A stretch of 64,000 nucleotides of DNA, from the NCBI RefSeq assembly GCF_006345805.1, contig NC_042997.1:135594001-135658000 (forward strand), in the 5' to 3' direction. Origin of the DNA: Octopus sinensis (lineage: Eukaryota). Made by a program: the position numbers and the translations under genes. Below, in pieces: positions 1 through 12,859 of the stretch (position 1 is the first letter of the stretch; each line of letters begins with the position of its first letter). The notes beneath the pieces are model-generated. The model saw only the letters and a program-made list of their open reading frames with translations, was not told the origin of the DNA and searched no databases.

Positions 1-304
1 ATGGGTCTCTTTAGATACACGTTGATCGTGAAAAGTTTAGAAAGTCGGAGTGCAAATCCAACCTCAAATCGTTTAGCTGCCTTGTATGGCGTGCTGAGGA
101 AACGTTGTTCTATTCTGTTACATATTGTTCCCCACACACCACTAGAGGCGCGTGAAATAAAGTGGTTTGCTCAAGTACATAACACGCCGCCCGCCGCGTG
201 CATCGCCCTAATCATAAGGCCTTGCACCTTCACAATATATATGCATGTTGCTCTCTATATATAAACATAAAAAATGAAATCACTATATGAAGTACAAAAT
301 TATA

Positions 305-860
305 TTTGGTTGTCCGGAAAGTTCCTGCCGATTTTTAAAGGAAAGAAAAAGATCAATAAATACTTGACATTACATTTTTAATCAACCAAATATGAACCAT
401 TTTGTTGCACAATGCGTGTCTATCTTTCCTCTAACTTGAAAATACCCTCTTCCCAGAACTGAGGTGGTTTCATGGCAAAGTATTCATCAAGGTATCTTTT
501 TACGCCATCGAAGGAATTGACATTTTTACCTATTCTGCAGAAACCTGAATAAGTGGAAATCCGAAGGAGCAATATCTGGTGAATATGGAAGGTGGGGTAA
601 CACATCCCAGCCGAGCTGCAGCATTTTTATCTGGTTCCCAAAGCATCAAGTGCCGAAAATGAACTTTCTTATCCTCCATTTTAAAGGTTACAGAATTAAC
701 ACATGTTATAGGAACATAAATCTTCTTCCACTAAAAGATAGCATAAACTGTGCTCTAAATGAAGGTGTAATCAAATCCTATTTTATGGACTCAACCATGT
801 TCTAAAATAAGTCGAACGGTAAGCTACTATAAATCGGCACGAACTTTCCGGACATCCCAA
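305..860 (-). mobile_element. Internally deleted mariner (Tc1/mariner) element
   Basis: About 30-bp TIRs (ttggttgtccggaaagttcctgccgattt at ~305-333; aaatcggcacgaactttccggacatcccaa at 831-860) flanked by TA at 303-304 and 861-862. The minus strand encodes a transposase C-terminus (LPYSPDIAPSDFHLF...KRYLDEYFAMKPPQFWEEGIFKLEER). Confidence 0.9.
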
Positions 861-1327
861 TAGTAATCTAAACTTAGATCTTATAAAGTCCTTATTCTTG
901 CGTATTTTCAATTTTCGATACGATTTTAACTTAAATTAACCAACTGATATAGGCTTACATATTTAACCAAAATGAGGATTACTAAACAAAAAATTAAAGA
1001 TACTGAACATTAAACTTTAGAATATCTAGCCTATGAAATGAAAGTAACAGGATTCGAAAATTAAGATGATTGGAGTCATGGAAGTAAACTAAGAACAGGT
1101 TGGAGAGTCACAAAAATACTGTAGAACAGAAAAGAGGAATAAATAAATATGAAGACGTAGAATGAAACGAAAATGAATTTGAAGAGAAGTTAGAGAAAGT
1201 ATGAAGGAATCTCGGTGAAAGAAAAATCAGGGATACGGAAGAGGTATTACGAAATACATTCTTCATCAGCATATCATAAAAGTAGACTTGATATGTGTGT
1301 ATGTATATATACATACATATATATATA

Positions 1328-1410
<83 letters not shown>

Positions 1411-1411
<1 letters not shown>

Positions 1412-1739
1412 AAATGGGACAAGAACACAAAACATCCAGATAGGTGATACAAAGAAAACAAGAACGGGTCATTCGGAGTTTTCTTTCCTCAGTCGAGTTC
1501 CAGATTATATTTGCGATTTCGGCTGGTTATACTTCTCCGTTTATTTTCGTCCTTGTTTTCGTATACATTCGCTGCTCTTAGCTTAGCTTTTCCTTGGGGC
1601 TGGCCAGATTGGAGCAATCTCGGGTATAACCATCCGAAATCGCAAAGATAATCTGAAATTCGACTGAGGAAAGAAAACTCCGAATGATCAGTCTTTGTTT
1701 TCTTTGTATCGTCTATCTGGATGCTTTGCGTTCTAGTCC

Positions 1740-1745
<6 letters not shown>
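1411..1745. mobile_element. Inverted-repeat element between (TA)n tracts, probably a PLE pseudo-LTR with an inverted partial copy
   Basis: Arms 1411-1532 and 1624-1745 are imperfect reverse complements with a 91-bp spacer. The terminal sequence (...cgttct[a/t]gtcccatttt then TA repeats) recurs without inversion at 55010-55130, and a related family occurs at 8640-8762 and 10105-10232. Confidence 0.6.
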
Positions 1746-1791
<46 letters not shown>

Positions 1792-1957
1792 CGGCGTATG
1801 TACACTTTGGTTGAAATGATTAATACGGAAAACAGAGTGTACTGGAAGCTTTAACAATCGTTTCAGCTTAATTCTGCACTGCTCCCTAGTGTGCGGGGAA
1901 GGATTTAATGGAAGCGAATGCACGCCTACCTAAGCTTTAATTCTAAATACAAATTAC

Positions 1958-2023
<66 letters not shown>

Positions 2024-2070
2024 ACAGACAGATAGACAGCTAGATAGACAGATAGATAGGCAGACAGACA
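1958..2070. repeat. (GATA)n/(GACA)n microsatellite
   Basis: Direct reading. Confidence 0.95.
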
Positions 2071-2587
2071 GCGTGCTTTTATGCGTATGCATGCATTTTA
2101 ACACGAATTTAAGTAAAATAACAATTACCTATACATTTATATTTTATTACCATAACATAAATTGAAATGATTTTTGCTATGCCAGCGTATATTTGACGGA
2201 ATATTATCTATACTCATATTAATAGTCAGAGAAATAACTTTAACTTCACTTACTAAGACACATTTAATATTGAATTACGTACATGTTATTTCAATGAAGC
2301 GCTTTGATTATTAGAAAAGTCGGGCCTAAGAAGAATATATTTCGACGTTCGTAAGATACCCTGACGGTTTAATTATGCAATGTGATACAAATCTACAGGA
2401 TTTATATCAAGAAATTTATATAATGTTATCTAGAAGTGACATGAAAGAAATCTTATTTCTTGTTGAGTATTAATATATGTGCGTCTCTTCTATTATCTTT
2501 TCTCATGCACAAACACACTCTCTCACTCCCCCTCTCTATCTCTCTCTCTCTCTCTCTCGATGTATATATTGATATGTATACTTATAT

Positions 2588-2650
<63 letters not shown>

Positions 2651-2944
2651 TATATATTTATAAATTCTATGATTATTAGCACAATTATAATTAGGGTTCA
2701 GCAAAATTTGCTTCACCACATACCGAAATTTAGAAATAGTAGTTAAATACTATTCCACTACCATAAGATATCTCCCAGACAGCAATACTCTACCACTCAC
2801 GCAGGTGAAGAGAAAAAATAACGAATCTACCCGTCTTTGATTAACTATATACGCGTTTCTGAGTTAAAGAGATTTAAAAAGATGTAAAGTCATATTTCTA
2901 CTCACTTATTCCCTTCTACAGAATAATATTTCAATTTTAAATTT

Positions 2945-3400
2945 GAGAGCACTGATAATTAACATACGTACTCGACCAAGCGTCATTCGATACCGTGAGC
3001 GCTACACCATTTGTGTGATGTGGAAAATATTCCATCAATATTACATAAATGATGTTGGCATCAACTTTAAAACCCACCTAAGATTTGCCCCCCGTATTAT
3101 CAGACACATAACAACATTACGACACAACTACTCTATCTCAACCGGTCTAGCTCTCTTTAATATTATACCAAAATACATCAAAACGGAAACAGATCCCATA
3201 AAATCTAAAACTTCTCTGGATAAATTTCTCGAAAGAACCCCGGACCAACCTCCTACGCCCAGTTATACCTCCAACAATAATAACTCTTTGCTAGAGTGGG
3301 TCATGTTGTCATATCACTGAGGTGTGAATCACGATCAAAAATACTTCACGAGTTGTGGTGCTATTAAGTTAGATATGACCTGGCCGAAACCAATCTAAGT
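2945..3400 (+). mobile_element. 3' end of a CR1/L2-group LINE (RT C-terminal tail)
   Basis: ORF 2943-3320 reads YRERYTI...WKI...LFNIIPKYIK...LDKFLERTPDQP...NSLLEW, typical of the extreme C-terminus of this LINE group. Confidence 0.7.
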
Positions 3401-4122
3401 TACAAATATATGTCTAAAATAAATATAACAGCACATTTCAGGATTTGAGGAAAATCTGACAAATTGTTTTTATTTGGAAACTATCTAATATTTATCAGAT
3501 TTTCTTTTCTTCATTATCACAAATTAAGAATTCGTTAGTACATTACCCGTAAAAAGAATAAAATAAAATAAAATCATGAAAGAAATTCTGGATTGCAGAT
3601 TATATTTTAAAACAAAAAATTCAAACCTGAAATATTAATTCTTTAATGTATTAAAAAATAAAGTAAAACATCTAATGAATCAAGACATAACATTAAGAAC
3701 ATTGTTTATTTTGAATTATATTACTCACAGAGTGGAGATTAGAAGAAAGTAATAAATGTTTTTAAATGAAGTAGTAATGTATAAACAAATGTATATCTGC
3801 CAAGTGAGTTGGCAGATGGAAGCTTAAGTTTGCATATTTGATGAATGCCAAATTAGGATTTCCATTGGTTACTTAGGAACCATGATGGAATTTATCCTGT
3901 TTAGAATATATAACTGACAAAGTAAATATTAACGCCATTAAAAATTCTGCTTATAATATTCAATACTGAGCGCGATCGCCTGTGCAAGTGCACACGTACA
4001 GACATGCATACATGCGTACATACATAAGCACATGCAGACAAATATATGTATGGGTGCGTGTGCATGTGTGTATATGCATGGGTACATGAGTCAACAGATA
4101 CACACATATATATGTGTATGTA

Positions 4123-4186
<64 letters not shown>

Positions 4187-4231
4187 CATATGTATATATA
4201 TGTGTGGTGTGTATGTATATATATATATATA

Positions 4232-4278
<47 letters not shown>

Positions 4279-4284
4279 TCTTTT

Positions 4285-4440
4285 ACTCTTTTACTCTTTT
4301 ATTTGTTTCAGTCATTTGACTGCGGCCATGCTGGAGCATCGCCTTTAATCAAGCAACTCGACCCCGGGACTTATTCTTTTTGTAAGCCCAGTACTTATTC
4401 TATCGGTCTCTTTTGCCGAACCGTTATACTTAAACAGATT
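4285..4440 (-). mobile_element. SINE 3' part (octopus-type family)
   Basis: tttgtttcagtcatttgactgcggccatgctggagca...agtacttattctatcggtc, also present at 5470-5600 and 5895-5945. Confidence 0.75.
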
Positions 4441-4444
4441 AGCA

Positions 4445-4860
4445 TAGGTTCCACCCCATAACCTTGTCACTAATGTCTTTCAGTATAACGCCTACGCAAA
4501 TTCCATAAACAATTTCTGAATTGAACTGCGACTACTGTCAGCCACTGACCATTCAAAATACGACCATTAAGGCATTCCCAGATTTCCCCACCCCCTCTCC
4601 ACATCAGCCTCATTATTCTTCACCTATCCTACCAAGAACTCAAAACGACCTCGAACACACAAGTGCAAACAAGGGAGTCAGAGAAAGGCAGAATGCTACT
4701 ATATCTGAACACTACTACAGAAATATTCTTTTAAAAAAACTTTTCTTCTAATTTTTCTAAATTTAATTATTTAATCGTTACAGTTGAAAAGGTCTCAAAA
4801 TGACCGAAACCGGTACTGAAAGATTCACTATAAAATCATCTTAGCATTTTCTATTTTTGA
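4445..4860 (+). mobile_element. Probable PLE 3' end remnant carrying a hammerhead motif
   Basis: A/C-rich strand ending in a hammerhead motif and a tail (aaaatcatcttagcattttctatttt) shared with 54730-54990. PLE identity is inferred from the ribozyme. Confidence 0.5.
4778..4821 (+). ncRNA. Minimal type I hammerhead ribozyme, U3-A8 core variant
   Basis: Stem I cag/ctg; core TTGAAAA (4784-4790); stem II GGTC-tcaaaat-GACC; GAAA (4806-4809); palindromic helix III ACCGGT; predicted cleavage after GUA at 4815. Confidence 0.75.
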
Positions 4861-4903
4861 CTTGTTTTTTCATATATATCAACTCGTGTGTTCCTTTCCA
4901 CCC

Positions 4904-4934
<31 letters not shown>

Positions 4935-5067
4935 TATACATACATACATACATACATACATACATACATACATACATACATACATACATACATACAAATA
5001 TATATATATATATAACTAGTGGTTTAGTCATTTTGATTGCTATATCTAGCATGCCGGTACTACTTGT

Positions 5068-5290
5068 TAGTGAGGTGGCGAGCTGGCAGAATCGTTAGCA
5101 CGTCGGGCGAAATGCTCATCAGTATTTCATCTGTCGCTACGTTCTGAGTTCAAATTCCGCCGAGGTCGACTTTGCTTTTCATCCTTTCGGGGTCGATTAA
5201 ATAAGTACCAGTTACGCTCTGGGATCGATATGATCGACTTAATCCGTTTGTCCTCTCTTTGTTTAGCCCCTTGTGTGTAGTAAAGAAATA
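5068..5290 (+). mobile_element. tRNA-derived SINE, near full length
   Basis: A-box-like tggcagaatcgt and B-box-like gagttcaaattcc, followed by the family body gccgaggtcgactttgcttttcatcctttcggggtcga. Confidence 0.85.
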
Positions 5291-5454
5291 GATACTACTT
5301 GTTAGTATTATTAATTGATAATTTTTTTTTACCGTTACGGGTTCTTTTACGCATGCTACGCCACTGATATTGTTATAAACAATAATATCCTCATGTATAT
5401 TTATATATATATAATAGCAGAGATACCCGACCTTGCTCGGCATTAAAACGGCCT

Positions 5455-5719
5455 AATTTTTTTATTGTTTTAATTGTTTCAGTCATGTAACTGCGGCCAT
5501 GAGGGAGCACCGTCTTCCGTAGAAAAGATCGACCACAGAATTTATTCTTTGTAAGACTAGTACTTATTCTATCAGTGTATTTTGCTGAACCACTAACTTA
5601 TGGGAACTTAAATACAGTATCATCGTATGTCAATCAATGGTTTGGGTACAAACATAAACACACAGCCTTCTTTCAGTTTCCGTGTTCAATATACACGCAC
5701 AAGGCTTTGGTCGGCCTCT

Positions 5720-5720
<1 letters not shown>
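5455..5720 (-). mobile_element. SINE (same family as 4285-4440)
   Basis: Shared sequence gtttcagtca...ctgcggccat...agtacttattctatc...gctgaacc. Confidence 0.7.
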
Positions 5721-5778
<58 letters not shown>

Positions 5779-5796
5779 TAGATATATATTATATAT

Positions 5797-5855
<59 letters not shown>

Positions 5856-6146
5856 GTATTATATATATATTTATATTTAAATATTCTTTTATTCTTTTAT
5901 TTGTTTCAGTCATTTGACTGCGGCCATGATGGAGCACCGTCTTTAGTCGAACAAATTGGCCGCAGGACATTATTAACCATACCAATACCAATAGTCCCAC
6001 TAACCTCATACATCCCATACACCATGCATATTCCAGTATTTATATCTATCTTAATTGCATCAGTTCCAGAACTGCTTACCTTCCTTGCACGTAATCTTTT
6101 CACTCAGATACTATTAGACCCAACACCGTTTGGAAATCGGTGTTCA

Positions 6147-6191
6147 TTCAAAGTCAGTGATCAGCTCTGACGATACCGGTATGACTTTGAA
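6147..6191 (+). ncRNA. Degenerate minimal hammerhead-like motif, G3-C8 core variant
   Basis: Perfect 10-bp stem I (ttcaaagtca/tgactttgaa) encloses GTGATCA, a weak stem II (gctctgac), GATA instead of GAAA, palindromic ACCGGT and a GUA site. Confidence 0.5.
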
Positions 6192-6423
6192 TCTCTATAA
6201 TGATTCATAATAATTATTTTTATACGTCATAATTCCACCTCAAATTACTTAATTGTACCTTTGCTTCCTTTAAAAATTTTTATTTTTTATATCTAATGTG
6301 CATTTTCTTTGTTTCCTTTTTACTCTTACCCTATTTATACCACGTGTAGTCTTTTTCTTTGAAACCTATTTCTATTATGCACACATATATATACATATAT
6401 ATATATACATACATACATATATA

Positions 6424-6520
<97 letters not shown>

Positions 6521-6676
6521 TATATACACACATAAATATACATATACAAATTTATATATGTATATACATATATTTATACATACATATGTATACAGATATA
6601 CAAAGTGCATACATAGATGCATTCATCTATATGATATATAAAAAAAATTTCTGAGATGAATGCATCTTTGTATTTA

Positions 6677-7929
6677 CGAGGAACGTTCTATAAGTAATGC
6701 CCCTGACCCACTTGCAGTTGTTTGATCTAGCTGACATTTTGCATGTGCAATTATTTATATCTTTATAGATTAAGTGGCAAATTACAGCTCTGAACTGATT
6801 GTGGTTTCTGATTTACAGGTGCTTGAACTGAGTCAAGTGTGAAATGGAGCCTGTTGAGTGTCGAGCTGTGATCCGGTTTTGTATTTGAAAGGACACACAC
6901 CACGGGAGACTTTTGATGAAATGAAAGTAACTTGTGGTAATGATGCCCCATCATATGACCTTGTAAAACGCTGGAATCGTGAATTCAAACATGGTCGGAA
7001 CTCTGTGGAAACAGCTCCCAGATCTGGTCGCCCCCATTCTGCCATTGATGAGGCATCTGTCCGTCAAGTTGAGGCTGCCATTTTGGAAGATCGACGCATA
7101 ACTATTCGCCAAATAGCCCATAAGGTCAAGATTAGTACCGGGTCAGTGGAAACTATCATTCATGACCATTTGGGTATGCAAAAGGTGTCTGCCAGATGCA
7201 TTCCCAGGCTGCTCACACCTTTCCAGAAGCAAGAACGCGTCGAGTGCTCGAGGATGAATTTGGAGATGTGCCAAGAAGATGAGTCAAAATTTTTCAAAAG
7301 ACTGATAACACAGGATGGAACCTGGGTCCATCACTATGATCCAGAGACCAAAGCACAGTCAATGCAGTGGAAGCACCGTGACTCACCTCCTCCAAAGAGG
7401 CAAGTGTGCTGGGACCAGGACGGAGTAGTGATGACAGGTTTCCTGGCAAAGGATACCACAATTACAGGAGCCTATTATGCTTCACTTTTGAGGAAATTAA
7501 GAGAAGCTATCAAAATCAATAGGCGGGGCAAGATCAGCAAAGGCATCCTCCTCCTGTAGGACAACGCTCCGGTCCACAACTCGCGTGTCGCCAGATCAGA
7601 AGCACAGGCGTGCGGCTATGAACTCCCCCCATCCCTCCTACTCTCTTGACCTTGCACCCTCTGATTTTCACCTCTTCCCAGCCATGAAGTTGTTTTTGAA
7701 AGGAAAGCGTTTCCCAGATGATGCAGCCTTTATTTCTGAAGTCACTTCGTGGTTGGAGACCAAGCTGGGGTCTTCTACAAAAACGGTCTCCAGAGCTGCA
7801 TCAAACGATGGGAGAAATGCATAATTCTGGGTGCTTCCTATGTAGAAAAAGACTAATAACTGTGCCAAGTTTCGTTGATCTACTGCTATAGGAAGTGGGT
7901 CAGGGGCATTACTTATTGAACGCCCCTCG
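6677..7929 (+). mobile_element. Near full-length mariner (irritans-like), inactivated
   Basis: About 34-bp TIRs beginning CGAGG with TA at 6675-6676 and 7930-7931. The transposase starts at ATG ~6844 and retains CIPRLL (WVPRLL), TQDGTWV (first D), *DNA (second D, CAG>TAG near 7557) and YSLDLAPSD. It has frameshifts and a deletion after PPPKR. Confidence 0.95.
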
Positions 7930-8120
7930 TACATTGTATACCATGGAGAATTTCATTAATATGGATTGAATGAATATATACATCGACCTTTTAATCTGTT
8001 TTTTTATATTCTTGTTTTTTTATTTCTTGAAGCTCTATCAGAGCGCTAATTGTTGAGCTGTATAAAGTGGATATCTATATCACTTATTTCTTCATTGTTC
8101 TACATATGTATACTTACATA

Positions 8121-8168
<48 letters not shown>

Positions 8169-8232
8169 GATATATATATAAATTATATATATATACATAT
8201 ACATACATATATACATATATAACCATACGTAC

Positions 8233-8281
<49 letters not shown>

Positions 8282-8577
8282 TACATAATGAAAGTAATCG
8301 AAATTGAAACCATATAATAGTGAAAATATTAATAGAGATGTTATTGTTTCACTTTTGACTCAATACGAAAATAGTATAAGAGATAAGAAATTGGCTCTGA
8401 AGTAGAATTAGGCAAGAAGTTAAAAAAATTGGAGCCCATGACAATGCATGGATCCTAAGTAAGGCACATGTAAAATTTGGATGAAAACCGTTGGGTAGCT
8501 CTCGAGTTTTAGTGATGCACACATACAGACAAACACACACACATATTCTCAGCTTTATATATATATTATAGTATATG

Positions 8578-8608
<31 letters not shown>

Positions 8609-9578
8609 AATATATATATATATTTAATATTAAAACAGTAACAAATAAATACAGACATGGACAAGAACATAAACACCAAAGGGACGACACAAGAACCACA
8701 GGACGGGACATCGAATCCCTCAGTCATCAGTCAAAACCAGATCATCTTCGCAATTTCGGCTGATATATATATATAATATAATTGCAGCATGGAAGGTGTT
8801 TGTAATCCATTTAAGAAACACACAAAAGTTTGTAATCCATTTAAGAAACACACAAAAGCCGTTCGATTCATTTCAAACATTTGGATGAAAACCGTGATGT
8901 GGTTTTCATACCACAATTACAGGAGCCTATTATGCTTCACTTTTGAGGAAATTAAGAGAAGCTATCAAAATCAATAGGCGGGGCAAGATCAGCAAAGGCA
9001 TCCTCCTCCTGTAGGACAACGCTCCGGTCCACAACTCGCGTGTCGCCAGATCAGAAGCACAGGCGTGCGGCTATGAACTCCCCCCATCCCTCCTACTCTC
9101 TTGACCTTGCACCCTCTGATTTTCACCTCTTCCCAGCCATGAAGTTGTTTTTGAAAGGAAAGCGTTTCCCAGATGATGCAGCCTTTATTTCTGAAGTCAC
9201 TTCGTGGTTGGAGGACCAAGCTGGGGTCTTCTACAAAAACGGTCTCCAGAGCTGCATCAAACGATGGGAGAAATGCATAATTCTGGGTGCTTCCTATGTA
9301 GAAAAAGACTAATAACTGTGCCAAGTTTCGTTGATCTACTGCTATAGGAAGTGGGTCAGGGGCATTACTTATTGAACGCCCCTCGTACATTGTATACCAT
9401 GGAGAATTTCATTAATATGGATTGAATGAATATATACATCGACCTTTTAATCTGTTTTTTTATATTCTTGTTTTTTTATATTCTTGAAGCTCTATCAGAG
9501 CGCTAATTGGTTGAGCTGTATAAAGTGGATATCTATATCACTTATTTCTTCATTGTTCTACATATGTATACTTACATA

Positions 9579-9645
<67 letters not shown>

Positions 9646-9691
9646 TATATATATACATATACATACATATATACATATATACCATACGTAC

Positions 9692-9742
<51 letters not shown>

Positions 9743-10041
9743 TACATAATGAAAGTAATCGAAATTGAAACCATATAATAGTGAAAATATTAATAGAGAT
9801 GTTATTGTTTCACTTTTGACTCAATACGAAAATAGTATAAGAGATAAGAAATTGCTCTGAAGTAGAATTAGGCAAGAAGTTAAAAAAATTGGGAGCCCAT
9901 GACAATGCATGGATCCTAAGTAAGGCACATGTAAAATTTGGATGAAAACCGTTGGGTAGCTCTCGAGTTTTAGTGATGCACACATACAGACAAACACACA
10001 CCATATTCTCAGCTTATATATATATTATAGTAATATGATAT

Positions 10042-10102
<61 letters not shown>

Positions 10103-10320
10103 AGTAACAAATAAATACAGACATGGACAAGAACATGAAACACCAAAGGGACGACACAAGAACCACAGGACGGGACATTCGAATCCCTCAGTCATCAGTC
10201 AAGAACCAGATCATCTTCGCAATTTCGGCTGATATATATATATATATAATTGCAGCATGGAAGGTGTTTGTAATCCATTTAAGAAACACACAAAAGCCGT
10301 TCGATTCACTTCAACATTTA
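7453..10320. repeat. Tandem duplication of ~1.45 kb (7453-~8882 copied at 8908-~10320)
   Basis: Near-identical mariner 3' third, right TIR (second copy ends ~9386), flank, pLTR-like remnant and left tip of the MITE. Confidence 0.95.
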
Positions 10321-11140
10321 AGTTTAATTTGTCAAAATATTTTCGTCGCTATAAGACCGCGACCTGTTCACTGACAAAAATCCGTGCTGCACCTGAGAAA
10401 GTAACAGTTAGTTCGTTATATATATGTACGTAGGTATGTGTGTATGTATGTATACACGCATGTATGCATGCATGTATGTATGTATGTACGTACGTACGCC
10501 TGTGTGTATGTAAGTATGTATGTATGTATGTATGTGTGTGTATATGCACGCACATGCACACTATAAACTTAAAGCTATAAACCTGTAGTGATAGATAGAT
10601 GTAGACTGACCATTCATCGCAACAATATCAAATTTCAACCTCCCCGCCGAAACTAGGAAGTGATTTACGACCCTCACCCCCAAGACAAAACTCTAAAACC
10701 TATTATCAGACATTTTAGAGTTTTGTCTTGGGGGTGAGGGTCGTAAATCACTTCCTAGTTTCGTCGGGGGAGGTTGAAATTTGATATTGTTGTGATGAGT
10801 GGTCAGTCTACATTTATTCATCACTACATGTTTATAGCTTTAAGTTTATAGTGTGTATGTGCGTGTATATACACACACATACATACATACACACAGGCGT
10901 ACGTACATACATACATACATACATGCATACATGCGTGTATACATACATACACACATACATACGTACATATATATAACGAACTAACTGTTACTTTCTCAAA
11001 TGCAGCACGGATTTTTGTCAGTGAACAGGTCGCGGTCTTATAGCGACGAAAATACTTTGACAAATTAAACTTAAATGTTGAAGTGAATCGAACGGCTTTT
11101 GTGTGTTTCTTAAATGGCTTACAAACACCTTCCACGCTGC
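10252..11140. mobile_element. Foldback MITE (near-perfect palindrome)
   Basis: Arms ~10252-10698 and 10713-11140 are reverse complements with a 14-nt spacer (cctattatcagaca), flanked by AATT on both sides. Confidence 0.85.
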
Positions 11141-12859
11141 AATTGTTTTCGTTTCAGCACACGATCTCAGATCAAATCACTTGCTATGCAAGTACATCTC
11201 CGTAATATATATATATATATATTCGTGTGTGTGTGTAGAGAGAGAGAGAGCGAGAGAGACATATAGATATACATTTAAAAATATATGTGAGTGGTTTTGT
11301 GTGTGTATCTTTGTGTTTGCATGTGTGTACGTGTGAGTGTGTGTGAGTGTGTGTATGTGTATGTGCGTGTGTGTGTGTGTGCGTGCGTTGTGCCTCAAGT
11401 CGACTGATACTTTAGGAATGAATTTGGAGTCAAAACTATAGTCACAGATCAAATAATCTTAAACGGGAAAACTAACACCGTTCTTTCAAACACCGTGTTT
11501 TGAAATTCTAGAATTTATAGTAATAATTCGCAATTGATGTCATACTGTAATTGTTATGCACTTATGATCGCTCTGTAATGTGAACAGCGTTCGTACTTGT
11601 ATACACTTGATCTTGAAATTTTAATTCAACTTAACTATTTCAATCTATTCAAGTTGAATATCTGTTTAAATTCAAGTTGAATATCAGTTGCTATTTTCAC
11701 AATGGATGTCAATATTTTAATCTTTGGAGACAATATGGCATAAATTAGCTGATTTTTCCTTTGCGAAAATATTCTTGAAACGCACTTCATAACCGAATAT
11801 ATTTTGTGAACACGAAACTATATAAAGTTCGATATGATTATATTTTATACATGACTACATTATATTCAATGTAATCATGGGATAACGCCTTTAAAGAGTC
11901 ACATCTTACTTTCTATCGAATTCTTTCATGCTGACGTTTTGATGAAAAAAATTCATTACTACGAATACCTTCTTTCATGTAACTCTGTTGTATTGCTGGG
12001 TCAAATAGCTTATATGTATTAAGTATTTCATTATAATACGTCGCAGATAATCATGCAAAGATACACAGGCACACAATCAAAAGTGAGTCATAAATTTGAT
12101 AGAGAGAATTGATGATGATAAGCCTATATATTAAATGTTTCATGTAGCGATCTAACATATAAATGTTAATAAACTATCAATATTAAAATACTTCAACGTT
12201 AATATACTTAAATGATACTAAATGAACAGACCAAAACTGAGACTGAAACAACGTTATTTAATACAAATTACTTGCGATAGCCAATATCTGTTCACTGAAA
12301 TACATCATTTATGTTTCGGAAAACGTTACTTGCATTACTCCTACGTATTCTAACCACACTTTAAGTAATTCTTTCGGTGGGATATCAACAGTATTTATCT
12401 AACTTGAATACGAAAATCTAGTTTCCGATTATATGACAGACCTACTAAGGATAATTTATACGTAGGGATTCGACGATTACGATATGAGTGAGATAGGTTT
12501 CCTTCAAAAGGAAATTGGAAGAGGGATATTGGTATTAATTCTGAGTACTGTATGCTAATGAAACTCACTTTCTATATTCAGTATTTTGGGGCGGTGAACT
12601 GGTAGAATCATCTAAGCGTCGAAAAAAAAGGTTTTTCAGCTGTTCACATTCTCCGTTCAATTTCCGCCGAAGTCAACTTATGAAACCTGTCACGTACTGA
12701 TGTCCTTGATATTGACTAGCCATCATGCCTCAAAATTTCTGGTCTTGTGCCTAAATTAGAAACCACTATTCAGCATTTAATTTGCAAAGTGAGAACTTAT
12801 TTGTTGCACATATCTTTACAGCCAGTTGAACTGATCTTATACGTATGTATGCATGTTTC

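Noticed and set aside
1-264. 87-aa ORF at the window start, and CTGAGGA at ~96
   Set aside because: No recognisable domain; CTGAGGA is not followed by a stem II/GAAA arrangement.
2845-2900. Minus-strand GAAACGCGTA (palindromic helix III plus UA)
   Set aside because: The upstream NUGANNA core and stem II are absent in this copy; at most a decayed ribozyme.
1215-6641. Many ORFs rich in IY/YI, HT, CV or poly-L/I/S (here and throughout the window)
   Set aside because: They are translations of (TA)n, (CA)n, (TAA)n and similar microsatellites that lack stop codons in some frames, not genes.
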